From Camelus dromedarius (Eukaryota), in assembly GCF_036321535.1 (NCBI RefSeq), contig NC_087436.1:118174001-118238000 (forward strand): a stretch of 64,000 bases of DNA. The letters are read 5' to 3'. The notes under the pieces are model-generated. The model did not search any database, was not told where the DNA came from, and was given only the letters and a program-made list of their open reading frames with translations. This document shows, piece by piece, positions 49,777 to 62,511 of the stretch. Position numbers and translations under genes: made by a program. Each line of letters opens with the position of its first letter. Within the stretch, counting starts at the first letter, position 1.

Positions 49777-50719
49777 TGCTGGCAATTTTTATTTTGATAT
49801 AATTTCAAAGTTACAAAAATTGCAAAAATATTATGAAGAATTGCATATGCTTTAAACATAGATCCAGTTGTTAACATTATAACCCCATTTTTATTCTGTG
49901 TATTTTTGAGAACTGAAGTTCTTAATTTTAATAAAATACAATTTAGCAATGCATTCTTATGATTAGTGCTTTTAATATACTTTTTAGAAATTGTCTCCAC
50001 CAAAGTCATGAAAATCTTTGCCTTTATTTTTTTCTAGAGGCTTCATGGTTTTACTTTACACATTGAGATCTATAATCCATCTGAAATTGATAGGTGTGTG
50101 TGATATGCAGTATTAGTGAGAATTCATCTTTCTCCACATGGATGTACAACTGGCGCAGAACCATGACTTTAAGTTAGCTAAGCTCTCTAGGTGCCTGTTT
50201 AGGCCTTAGCAAAATAGGTATAATTGTGTACTCCCCTGGAGTTGTTGCAAGTATTGTAAGAGTAAGGATGTGATACAAGTTAATCACTCAGTATGTTTAA
50301 CATCAGCAGGTGAGCTTTATTCATGTAGCTTCTCATTCTTATGATCAGCATGCCTTAACCCCTCCTATGTGCGGCCCACTGTGCTAGTTGCAGAGTTCAC
50401 TTTAGATAATCCCACAGAGGCAGGAACACAGTTTCTGTTGTTTACTTATGTAACTGAAGCCCCTAGACCAGAGTCTGACACATGGCTGGTGCTCAGTGAA
50501 TACTTGTTTAATAAACCATCCTGCACATGTGAGCACAAGAAGAAATATCTGGAGAGTCTCTGCAGCATGACTTACAACAAGGGAAAAGTAAAAACAACCA
50601 TGATGAGACTCAGTAAGAGATAGATAAACTTTGTAAATATTAAATAAAATGTATACATGATGATATGATATAGGATACTGTATTAAAATGATTCAAATAA
50701 TATGTCATACATGATTCAA

Positions 50720-51925
50720 TCACTGCCGTTTCAAAATAAATGAAATAAAAATCGATAGCACTGAAAGAAGAAATAAAAAAATCCACAGTTATAGTTGGGG
50801 ACTTACTAGCAGTTGATAGAAGTTCTGGACAGAAAGTCAGCAGGGATATAAAAGAACTGAACTACCCAATTGCCATTTAAAGAACATTTCACCAAATAAC
50901 AGCAGAAAGAACTTCTTTTTTTTTTTCAAGTGTCCATGGAACATTCACAAAAATATATCAATTCCTGGTTCATAAAGCAAACCTCAACAAACTTGAAAAA
51001 AATGAAATCGTGACAGTCTGCGCTCTGGCCATAATGGAACCCAACTAGGATTCAGTAACAGAAGAACAGGAAAATCTTCAAGTACTTGGAAATTAAACAA
51101 ACTTCTAATAATCCTTGGGTTAAAGAATAAGCCTCAAAAGAAATAAAATGCATACACATGAATGAAAATGGAAATACAGCATATCAAAATGTGTAGGTTC
51201 AAATTCAGCTAAAGCTGTGATGAGAGGGAAATTTATAGCTCCAGATGCTTACATTAGAAAAGGGGAAATGTCTCAAATTAATCTAGTTTTGATCTCAAAA
51301 AACTGAAAAATGAGAAAAATAAACTGGTTCAAAGCTAGTAGAAAGAAATAGAGTAGAATCAATGAAACTGAAAATGGGAGAGCAGTAGAAAAAACATCAA
51401 TGGAACTACAAGCTGGTTCTTCCAAAAAAAAAAAAAAATGGATAATACTCTTACAAGGCTGACAGATATAAACTGAGAGAACACACTATGAAACTATGAA
51501 AATCAGGAGTGAAACAGAGGCTATCACTACAGATTATGCAGCCTTAAAAGGATAATATGGGAATTATTATCTGAACAACTTTATACTCATAAGTTTGATA
51601 GCTTAGAAGAAAGGGACCAATTCCTCAAAATCTAGAAACTACCAAAACCTAACCAAGAAAAAATTAACTTAAATAATCCTGTAACTTATGTAAATTGAAT
51701 TCAAAGTTAGAACTCCAGAAAAATGAAATTCTGTGTCTAGATAGTTTCACTAGAAAGTTCTAACAGATATTTTAAAAATTAACACCAATTCTCAATAGTC
51801 TCTTTCAGGAAACAGATGAGAAGTGAACACTTCCCAGTTCATTCTATGACACTTGTGTTACCCTGATACCAAAGGCAGATTAAAGACAGTGCAATGAAAG
51901 GAAACTGCAGGCCAGTATCTGTCAC
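50720..51925 (+). mobile_element. Old L1 ORF2 fragment (endonuclease end to RT start)
   Basis: A-rich degenerate ORF2: tccacagttatagttggggactt; gagagggaaatttatagc; ttaccctgataccaaaggcagattaaagacagt...actgcaggccagtatct. Confidence 0.85.
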
Positions 51926-53519
51926 AAGTACAGCCTTCTCTGCCCTGCACAGAAGGTCGGAGCTACTGCTCCGTGCTCGCAATCAGCTTGTCCACATGAA
52001 CAAAACATTCACCTCTCCCTTGTTCCGCGTTTCTCCTCTCCGTCGCTTCCATCTGTCTTCATTAGTTAGACACTGCAAAACCTTTAGAGGTATGCAGAAG
52101 CAAGCGTAAATTTAATTTATAAATTAAATGAAACAAGCCACAAGAACAGTGCTCAGCATTTCTGCAGAGGGGTGGCACTTAAGAGTCTGCAGAACCTGCT
52201 GTGTAGCTGGCAGATGGGGAGGGACGTGGACTTGCATCTTGCCTTTGCATCATCCTGTGATTTCTCCTGCCCTAAACCTCCTGGAGAGCTGGATGGCATG
52301 TGAGAGTCTCCCCTTCCTGGTACTTGGCTTGTGGGAGGCAGATGGAAGCCAACCAGCCACATTTGACTTCCTGGGCAGAGACAGAGACAGAGCCAGAGCA
52401 CCGAGGGTCAGCATGTTGGAATGGCTTGAAGACTCTTGTAGCTCAAATCGAATAATAATAATAAAAAACCTGGCTTATTGTTGTGCATGTTGTTAAAGGC
52501 ATATGTATGAAGCACAATTCAAGTTTGATAAATTCCTTTTTATTTGTCTGCTGTGAGCTGATGGAAGGCTCGGCAGCCCATTCTTGGATTTCCATAGCCT
52601 AAGAGAGTGTTTTTAGCTCCTCTCTTGCTGGGTGTTAAGTCTCTGAGAATCACTGGAAGTGAGCATGGTGAGGGGACCACTCTCTGTCTGCTCCCCATCA
52701 GAGATCGAATTGGACAGGAAATGGTCTCAGGAGATGCTTGGCTCCTTGTCCCTGTGGGTGGACACAGTAAGGACTCAGGGAGACGAATCAGACATGTGGC
52801 TTGTCCTGCCGCAAGGGCTTCCAGAATGACTGTCCCACAGAGTCATCTCTGGGCACTTGGCTCCTTTGTCTTAAGAAGTGGAGAAAGGCATATGTTTTAA
52901 ATGGTCAAGTGGCATCGCAGTGCAGGAAGACTAAGAAAGGTCTGGGGTTTCCTGCAGAAGGTCCCTTTGCTTTCCAAGCCTCCCCCGCCATTAACAGCAT
53001 GCAGCTGGTTGAAGGTCTCCAGGGTCCAGGCGCTGGGCAAGGTGAGGTGAAGCGAGGGGGCACTGAGTGCTGTGTCCTCACTCGGATGTTTCCCCACGTA
53101 CACACCACCTCTCTCCTGTGTGCTCACCTGCGTTTTCACGCCTGGGTAACGTGGCTGCCCTGTAGTGTGCGCCTCCCGAGGCTGGTGTCAGAGGACGTGA
53201 CGCACTGTGGGAGGAGGGACCTGACCTGGTGACTGGAGACAAGTCAGCCTCTCTTGGCCTCGGTGTCCTTTAAGTCCCCCTCCCAGGGATACGCCTGGAG
53301 GGCCCGCGGTGGGGGTCTCCAAATGGCACGTCTTTTTCCTACGTGAGTTTGGAACCAGTTGAGAGACAGACGTGGGGGTCATGGAGGTCAGAGTGTCAGT
53401 TTTGTTGCTGGCACAGTTACTGACGACCTTGGCTTTAGTTCTTTGCTGTGGAAGCACATTTTTATATTATTACTGGAAAGCTTATCAAGCATAAATACAG
53501 CTTTTATGTATTTCTGAAA

Positions 53520-54005
53520 AAAATTTTTATTGAAGGATAGTTGATTTATAACGGTGTGCTAGTTTCTGGTGTGCAGCATGCTGATTCAGTGACGTGTATA
53601 CATTATATTTATGTTTTCTTCAGATTCTTATCCATTATAGGTTATTACAAGATACTGAGTATAGTTCCCTGTGCTATACAGTCGGTGCTTGTAGTTTATC
53701 TACTTTATATGTAGTAGTGTGTGTATATTAACCCCAAACTCCTAATTTCTCCCTTCACCCCCGACTCCCTCTCACCCCCAGTAACCAAAAGTTTGTTTTC
53801 TGTGTCTGTGGGTCTGTTTCTAGTTTGTAAATAAGTACATTTGAATCAGTTTTTTAGATTCCACATTCCAGTGATGTTATGTGATACTTATCTTTCTTTG
53901 TGTGACTGACTTCACTTAGCGTGGTAACCTCTGGGTCCAGCCGTGTTGCTGCAAGCAGCATTATTTCATTCACGTTGTGGCTGAGTAGTATATAATATAT
54001 TCCAT
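53520..54005 (-). mobile_element. L1 3'UTR, 5'-truncated
   Basis: tttttattgaaggatagttgatttataacggtgtgctagtttctggtgtgcagc...ttagattccaca... Confidence 0.88.
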
Positions 54006-54966
54006 ACGTTTATATATAGACTTGGCTTTAGTTCTGCATCCAGAAGGGCTTGCTAACACTTCAGCTTTGAAGTGGAATCACCCCCAAGGAAATAGGGGAC
54101 ACCCGCAGGACCCCACTCTACAATCTGGCCCCTGGCTTGGCAAGAGGCAAAGCAGATCCGGAAGCCCGGAGGGACAGCAGAGGGGCCGAGCTGAGCACAC
54201 TCACAACTCCTTCCCCGTGCTCGTCACATAGGTCACACCTGCTTCCTGCGCGGGAGTGAGACAGCTGTGGAGAGAGTCTACCAGAGGCACCGTCAGCTAA
54301 TGGGAGAGCACGGTCTTTGTGACAAGAGGGCAGAGACAAAGGAAGCTCCTGGAAGCAGTAGCATGAACAGCATGCGGACCCGGTACCGACGCAGGGCTTC
54401 GCTCCCCGTCAACCCTCACCTCCCGTCTCCCTCTGTGTGCTACCTTCCCCTCCTCCACCCTTCAGCCCTGCAGATTGACAGACCGACACAGACGGGGTAT
54501 TTTGGGTGTCTGTGACCCCTTCATTCCTGAGTGGGTCTGTGCTAAATGCAGGGGGGACAAAACTCAACAAGCCGGGTCCCTGTGGCCGACCGTTGGCTGC
54601 CTGGCAGAGAGAAGAGAGCAGGAGAGAGAGGGTCCCTTGTGCCATGAGGAAGTGCTTCCCAGAGCCTCGTGCGGGAATTCTAGATTCCGGAGTTGGGCTG
54701 TCTTGTTACCTGGGAGCTGTTCTGTCGCCTCACGGAACCTCAGTGTCCACATCGATCAAAGGCAGGTCATGGTAACGCCTACCGCGGCGGGCCGCTGGGA
54801 GGCTGAAACGAGTTACATACACAAAGCACGCAGAGCAGTGCCTGGCATGCGGTGGGCCCCACATCGGTGATAACTGCTATAGGGCGCAAAGGAACAAAAA
54901 GAGGGTCACCCAGCTCAGTACTCCAGAGCTGGGGAAGGCTCCTAGGAGCAGGAGCACCCACTACTC

Positions 54967-55181
54967 CGGCGTTGCTCAGCCTCAGCACCGTGGACACCTG
55001 AGCCAGATCATTCTTTGTGGTGGAGCGTCCTGACCACTGCCGGATATTTAGTAGCGCCCCCGTCCTCTGCCCACTATGTGCCAGCAGGAATCGCCCCCAC
55101 CCAGTTATAACAACCAGAATGTCTCCAGACATGGTCAAATGTCCCTATGGAAGCAAAGTTGCCCCTGGTTGGAAACCACTG
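54967..55181. mobile_element. MER20-like hAT-Charlie non-autonomous element
   Basis: ...cccagttataacaaccagaatgtctccagacatggtcaaatgtccc...gcaaagttgcccctggttggaaaccactg. Confidence 0.85.
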
Positions 55182-57399
55182 CTCTAATCCAAGAAGGGGA
55201 TGATGGCCCAGGGTAGAGGTGGGACTAGGGACATCATGGGTGAGCAGGTAGGGGTAAGAAAGTGACAACAGAGTCTCCTTGGGGATGTAGGGTCCGGGGC
55301 CCGGGGCAAAAGAGGATCTTCAGGAGTGGATCGTCCGGGCCACTTGTCATGGCACAGGACATCAAACTCCAGCCCTTATGATTGTCCCAAACTCCCTTGA
55401 ACTGTGTGGGGCAACTTCTCCCCCTGGATTCCAGCTTCTGGCACTGGGCTGGGTGCGCGGGAAGCCAACAGGGTGCTCCTTGGTGTGTGCACGTGCGACT
55501 AACTGCATTTCTGACGTCGCCCCTGAGGGCATTCGCCAGCGTTCTCTAAATTTATCCTTTTATTAAGAAAGTTCGTCTGGGAACATGATGTCCAGACCAC
55601 TTAGCTGTTGCCCCATGAAGCACCGCTTTTCTGGAGTTGGACTTTGATGCATTCTGTCTGCTTTCGGGAACATCATACAAAAATCCCCTGTTAAACGCAT
55701 GACTCTATTCAGAGCTATTTCCTCTGGCTCATTGTTCACGTTGCAGAATGCCATCTCTAAAGAATCCCGTGGGAGAGATTTCCCTCTGGCTTCTACGTCA
55801 GCAAGAAACATATTAAACATAAAAATGAACAATTGATTTGTTTTTTTCACATTGACCCTTGAATCCTAAAGCTGATTGTGTCTCTCACTTTGCTCTGGTT
55901 GCTGGAAAGATTAGAGACACCTTGATGGCCGACGTCAGGCAAGCAGGCAAGTTCTTTGGGCCTGAATTGGGGTGTTTTTACCTGCATCCACTTTCCTGAA
56001 TACCTTTTTTATTCTTTGACTTGATCTGTGGCTTACTTGTTTTTGATTGTAGTGTGTTATATATATTTTGCAAGTCATTTTTAAACCTTTTTGGAATAAG
56101 GTAGGAAATTAATACATCTTTTTAAAAAACGTAACAGACATTGAGTTCTGCATGGTGGCCTATTTCAACATCCAGGCCAGCAGTGGTGCCTCCCCAGCTC
56201 CGGTCCTTCTTTGGTCCTGCACGTTGAGCCTAATTACCCAGATTTCTCCATGATCAGTGTTACTGCAGTTGAGTGTAGGTTGCTCATTCATGATCTCCAT
56301 CTTTCCCCTGACAATTTGCCGCATTATCATGAGAACATAGTTACAATTCCAGTCCAAGAAGAAGCAAGAAGAACAATGGCACAGAGCTGTGGAGCGGCCC
56401 CAACCACAGACGGATACGTGCAGGGTCCTTCTCTGTTCTCCAACGATAACATTGAGTCTCCTTGGGAGTGTAGAGTCCACGGCCCAGGGCGAAAACAGAT
56501 CTGTAGCCAAAAAAAAGAAAAAAAAGCCATAACCCAAGTTATTGTTTACATTGTGGTTCTCTTTGCATTTTGGATTTCCTCTTTAGAATTCATCCTGGTC
56601 TGCAGCTTTCTCGCCTGAAGATTCGTATTCTCCTCCAAAGTGTTCTAATGGAATATTGAGCTGCGCATGGAGGGTGCAGAACTCACTGGTTATTAACATA
56701 ACATTTCAATAGTCCATCAACTGTTAGAGCACAAATTGAGCATCTGTAGGTGGCCTATTATAACTGATTCCTGTCATTTATTTTTGAGCATCTGAATCCT
56801 TGTCTCCAGGAGCAAATGTGTGGAAAGATGTATCGGATGACTGTTTCAGTTCCAAGGGACGGAAATACAATGTTAAGTAGTTTCCATCAAAAAATACAGT
56901 CATTGCCCATGCAGTTCAGGGACGGAGCACCCTTCTGCCCAGACTGGAGCCCTCACTCCGGCAGCGCCTCTCTGTGTTCTGAGCTCTCAGCCCTGCTTGA
57001 CTTCCTGCATCTTCACTCTCCAGATGCGTCTTATCTTCACGTTGGGCAGCAGGGTCTAGACAGCCCTTAGTTGCAGCCTCTAGCCTGGCGCACCCAGAGG
57101 AAGAGATTTTACTTTCAGCATCTACACACTGATTCTGGGAACAGCCCCAGGGGTCCTGGTGAACCAACACCAGTGGCCAGGGGAGGTGCCTGCACGTCCT
57201 GGTCACTTTCTCATCTCCTTGTGGAGAAGGAGGAGCAGGAATCATCAGGCGGCTCCAACAGGGCCACCTGAAATGAGGAGGGAGAATCCAAAATGAATCA
57301 GAAACGGGAGGACGGAGAGCGTTTTGAGACCAGACTTTCTACAAGCAAGTGACGCCTCTCGGCCACTCTTCTTGAAATCAACCCAAAAAACCCGCTTCA

Positions 57400-59395
57400 T
57401 CATACAAAGTCAGCATTGCCAGGACACCAGAACGGGGTGAGGACAGTGGTAGGTAGGAAAATATGCGCTAGTGTCGCTTGGAACATTAGATGCAAAAATC
57501 CTAAATGAAATTTGTCAACCTGAATCCAGTAGAAATATATGTATGTTTATTGTACATGATACATATTATCTACCAGGAGGGGTTTTGTCTGGAAACGTCA
57601 AGACGGTTTAATATTTAAAAAACAAAAAAACTCTGTACCCACTCTTGATAAAAATTCTTAGTCTAGAAAGCAACTTTCCTTTTTTAAATTTTTAAAATTT
57701 TTATACAGTTTTTAAAGGTTAACTTCCATTTATGATGTTATTACAAAATATTGGCTCTATTCTCCGTGTTGCACAATGTATCCTTGATTCTATCTTACAC
57801 CCAATAGTTGGTGCCTCCCCCTCCCCCACCCCCACATTGCCCCTCCCCTTCCCTCTCTCCACTGGTAACCATTGGTTTGTTCTATCTGTGAGTCTGTGTC
57901 TTTTTTGTTATATTCACTAGTTTGTTGTATTTTTTAGATTCCACATATCAGTGATGTCATACAGTGTTTATCTTTCTCTGTCTGACTCATCTCACTTAGC
58001 TCAATGCCAAGTCCCCCTATTTGCTGCAAATGGCAGATTTTCTTTTTTACTGCTGAGTAATATTCCATTGTGTATATTCACTACATCTTTATCCATTCAT
58101 CTGTTAATGGACACTTAGGTTGCTTCCGTATCTTAGCTATTGTGAATAATGCTGCTATGAACATTGGGGTGCATGTATCTTTTCAAATTAGTGTTTTTGT
58201 TTTTTGTTTTGCCTTGCTTTGTTTTTTGGATATGTACCCAGGAGTGGAATTTCTGGGTCATATGGTAGTCCTATTTTTAGTTTTAGTTTGCACCGATTCA
58301 CATTCCCAACAGTGTACAAGGGTTCCCTTTCCCCACGTCCTCGCCAATGTTTGTTTTTGTGTTCTTTTTGATGACATCCATTCTGACAGGTGTGAGGTGG
58401 TACCTCATTGTAGTTCTGATTTGCATTCCCCTGATGATTAGTGATGTTGAGCATCTTTTCATGTGCCTGTCGGCCATCTGCTTTTCCTCTTGAGAAAAAA
58501 TGTCTATTCAATTCTGCTCATTTTATAATTGGGTAATTTGTTTTTTTGATGTTGAGCTGTATGAGCTATTTGTATTTGTTGGATATTAATCCCTTACCAG
58601 TCATATCATTTGCAAATATTTTCTTCTATTCAGCAGGTTGTTTTTTCGATTTGTTGATTTCCTCTGCTGTGCAAAAGTAGAAAGCAGTTTTCTTAACTGA
58701 ATAAATGATACCCACCAAATATCTACAGCAAACTATTTATTTAATGGAGAAAGTTTATTACATTCCAGAACAAGATTTAAAATTCCCATCACCACCTCTT
58801 ATAATGAATGCTTTACTGGAGGCCCTGGATAGTACAATAAAACAAGAAAAAGAAATAAGAGGCATAAGGATGGGAAGAATGTAAACACAGCAGTTTTTTG
58901 TAGAAGATACAATCATCTTCGTATGATAAGCAAGCCCAGAGCATCGGTGGAAAAGTTATCTGAACTAATAACTAAGAGATCTGCCAAGTTGCTGGATTTA
59001 AGTCAAACATAAGCAGTTCTGGAGCGCGCTTCTCCCCAAGCAAGGACCATTTAGTACAGCTTCCTTTAAAGATTACCTTCACCATAGCAATAGAATCTAT
59101 GTTACAATATCAGAATAAAAATGCATGCATGCCAGGCCTTTAAGGAGAAAATTATAAAACTATAATGACAAACATAAAAAGACCAGGACAAGCAGATATT
59201 TCATGTTCATGGAAAGGCTGGAAGAGCTCAGCATTATAAAAATACTAATTCTCTGTCACTTGTAAATTCAACATAATTCCAAACAAAAGTCAAAGCAGAG
59301 TTTTTTAAGACACCAAATACATTTATTCTAAAATTTCCATGAAAGAGTAAAGATTAACCAACGCAGATGGCTATGACCATGTTGAAAGAAGGGTT
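57400..59395 (+). mobile_element. Old L1 ORF2 fragments hosting a younger antisense L1
   Basis: gatgcaaaaatcctaaatgaaa; tactggaggccctggatagtacaataaaacaagaaaaagaaataagaggcataagg. Confidence 0.75.
57679..58677 (-). mobile_element. 5'-truncated L1 (ORF2 C-terminus and 3'UTR)
   Basis: Minus-strand MNRHFF…GLPYDPEIPLLGTYPK. TSD tagaaagcaactttc (57664-57678) / tagaaagcagttttc (58678-58692). Confidence 0.88.
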
Positions 59396-60809
59396 TGAAG
59401 CGTGGTGCTCACGCTATCAGCTGTGGAGGCCCTTGGTCTCCTGCTCCAGGCTCTAGTGTGTCAGGAACTTCCTTGTTTGATTCTCTCTGGCATTCTGTGG
59501 GCCCAGAAGCATCACTCAGACGGACCCACCAGGAACAACCCTGTTTGGAAAGGCCAGTACCGCCAGCCTGTGAGCCGACATTGGGCAAGCTTCGTTGGCA
59601 TCCAGCCACTCCTGGGATGCGTCACTTGAAGCAGTGATCACGTGGCAGACTCAGCATACACTTGCCCTGAAACAGACATAAAGTCCAGCGGGTGCCCTCC
59701 AGGTGACCCTGGACAACCCCACGAGCCCCTGCAGCACCTCGTTCCTGCCTGAGCAGGTAGACACTCCTCCACCCCTGAAGTGAGGCTGAGACAGGAGGGG
59801 AGAAGCCAGTCTGGGTCACCACCTTTGGATCGTCATTGGCTAAGATGCTCAAAATGGGAGATGAGAGATGCTGTCCCCAAGACCCTATAGTCCTGGACTT
59901 CAAGCACCAGAAGCTTCACACCATCCTCTGTCTGATTCACAGTCCCTGTGTGTTCCAGACCCAGTGTGCCGCTCGTCTGCAGAGACCTTTCCACGCCCTT
60001 CTCTTGCTGGAGAGCTGAGTTCCTCCCTCCACACACCCCACTGCGTTCCGTACAGATGCCTACAGCACGTGTGCCCTTGCGTGACCAGTGCATGTTGCCT
60101 TCCTCTCTTGGGACTGTGTACTCCTTCAGAGGGAGGACAATTGCTTTGTCCCAGTGTCCCCAGCACACAGCCCAGTGTGTCACAGAACAGGTGCTCTGAA
60201 CACATCTGGTCAATTGACAGTTCAGGGTCACAATAAACCGCCCCCCTCCCCCGTGCCTTGATTCTGAACACATAGAAACGGTGGCTGAGATGTACCAGGA
60301 CTGTGACTTTGCGGCGGCCATTTCCTCTCTCTCTGGATCCCAGTATCTGTAATAACAGGGCTGACGAGACTAGATGGCACTTGAGGTTCCTTCCACCCCT
60401 GGAATTCCTCATCCTGTGAGCACATGGTCTGTCACCTCTCCTGTGGCCCAGTCAGGTTCCCTCCCCGGGGCCGTCAGGGAAACACAGCGCGTGCACACCA
60501 CAGCCGCATCCCAGCGGTGTGTCGTCCTAAGAGCACTGTGAGAGCCGGGGCTCCAGGTGCCTGTCCCTCCCTGACACTGACCCACTGAGTTCCTTCTTCC
60601 CTCGTCTGCCAAGTGAGGGGAGTGGCCCGCCTGGCCCAGGTCTGACAGTCCAGGATCCGGGACACAGATCTGAGCTTCCGTGACGCCCTTCTTGTGTTCC
60701 GTGGCTCTGTGTGGAATGTGACAGCACTTTGTGGTGCTGCGGTTCTGGTTTACAGTTGTTTAACATCATTCTCAGAGTTTATAGGTTGGCTCTTCTGCCC
60801 TTAAAAGCC

Positions 60810-61240
60810 TCAGGTGCATTTGCTATTACTTTGGGGGAAAAACACCCCAAAACTTAGTGGCTCAAAACACCACCATTTAATTATCTTATGTTCTGCGGGT
60901 GGACTGGGCTCAGTGGGGCAGTTGTTCTGCTCTGCGTGATGTCAGCTGGGGCTGCAGCGGAATATCCTGGTTCCCAGCATGGCTCGCTGTCACGGCTGCC
61001 GGTTGGTGCTGGCTGTCCCTGGGCGCTCAGCTGGGGCTGTTGAGCAGAGCGCCTTGGTTTTCCTTCTCATGGCCTCTCCACAGGGCTTGGGCTCTGGCCA
61101 GGTTCCAGGAAGCAGTGTGAGTAGAAATAGCTAGTACGCATAAAGCCTGGGTGTGTCTTGCCAGAACATTGCTGCCTTGAAGGGAAGCAAGCCCCGCATG
61201 TGGAGAACAGGGGCGTCACTAAGGAGGGGCTGCAGCTTGA
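60810..61240 (-). mobile_element. Old MaLR LTR (MLT1 family)
   Basis: caccccaaaacttagtggctcaaaacaccaccatttaattatcttatgttctgcgggtggactgggctcag... Confidence 0.8.
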
Positions 61241-61344
61241 GGGGACGAGGTGCTGAAGTTCTGGCAACATCGAATTAAACTAAGTACTAAAAACAAAGTA
61301 ATATGTTGGAGTCTAGTTTTGATTAAAATGCCACTTGTCAGCCA

Positions 61345-61430
61345 GAGCCTGAGGACCACTGTGACTTGGGCAGCATCATCGCCTCTCTCTGAGCCTCAGT
61401 TTGCTCTTCTGTAAAGTGGGGGCATTGGTC
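61345..61430 (+). mobile_element. MIR fragment just upstream of the exon
   Basis: ctgtgacttgggcag...ctctctgagcctcagtttgctcttctgtaaagtggg. Confidence 0.7.
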
Positions 61431-61475
61431 TGGGGGCATTTGTCTTGCAGACACTGGAGCCATCTCCATCCCTAA

Positions 61476-61676
<201 letters not shown>

Positions 61677-62424
61677 TAACCGGCTGCTGGCGGGATGCCT
61701 GGGGACAGGGGCGCGTTGGGCGCAGGGAGCAGCAGGAGTCTGCTGGGGAGAGTATTTTCTCACTGACATTCTTTAGAAGCGGCCGTGCGTGGAGAACAAC
61801 TTTATTATTGCTTTTACATTCTCTCCGGACAGCATACTCCCCTGTTACCTGCAGCAAGCGGAATACTCCCACTGCCTGTGTCCGCACCTCTCTTGGTACC
61901 CCCACCCACCCCCTGCTTAGCGACGTGGCTGGTGGTTGCCCTTCACTTTTCCATTCCAGTGTGTCTGAGGGAGGCTGGAGTGTCCTGACCCTCCAGTCTC
62001 AGGCTGAAAGGTCACAGTGGCGTTAGTTGGGAATGTGAAGGATTCTACCCTCTTCTTTTCCATACTTTGAAATCAGTGCTGTGCACCCTGGAGGATTTCT
62101 TCCTCTTGGGAAGCTTCAGAGCTGGCTCTGGGCTTCGGGTTCAGGCTCTGAGTTTCTGCTGCCTCCTCGGGGCCTTGGCTTCTCCTTCTCTGAGCACCGC
62201 ACCACCACAGCCAGCCAGGTGAGCAAGGTGAGTTTGACTGCAGAGTCAGGGGGCCAGCGAGAGGCTTCAGAAAGCAGTGGTGCTGTTAATGAGGTCTTCT
62301 CACGGACCCCAGAGGAGGGGGTTGGTGTGAATGACTTGTAATTTGTTCACTCGTGGTTGTGCGCTGGGTCTAGCCGGTCTTCTTCTGACTTACACGGTTT
62401 TGGAAGACTTGGGAGAGACAGGGA

Positions 62425-62467
62425 CTAGAACTTCTAGGTAAAGATGGCAGATTAAGCATACGCGTGT

Positions 62468-62511
<44 letters not shown>

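Larger units (their letters stand above)
46220..50165 (-). mobile_element. Composite of old antisense L1 fragments (L1MB-like 3' end through ORF2 pieces)
   Basis: Minus-strand ORF2 remnants KEIKQDTNKWKCSWIKRLN..K..L.KFIWKFSTIPI and IYVPKNRAPKHMNQKLTELK..IVGDYNTP.S. Confidence 0.85.

Noticed and set aside
59833..60425. ORFs of 120-170 aa on both strands
   Set aside because: No recognisable domain or splice context, and they overlap L2-like sequence.
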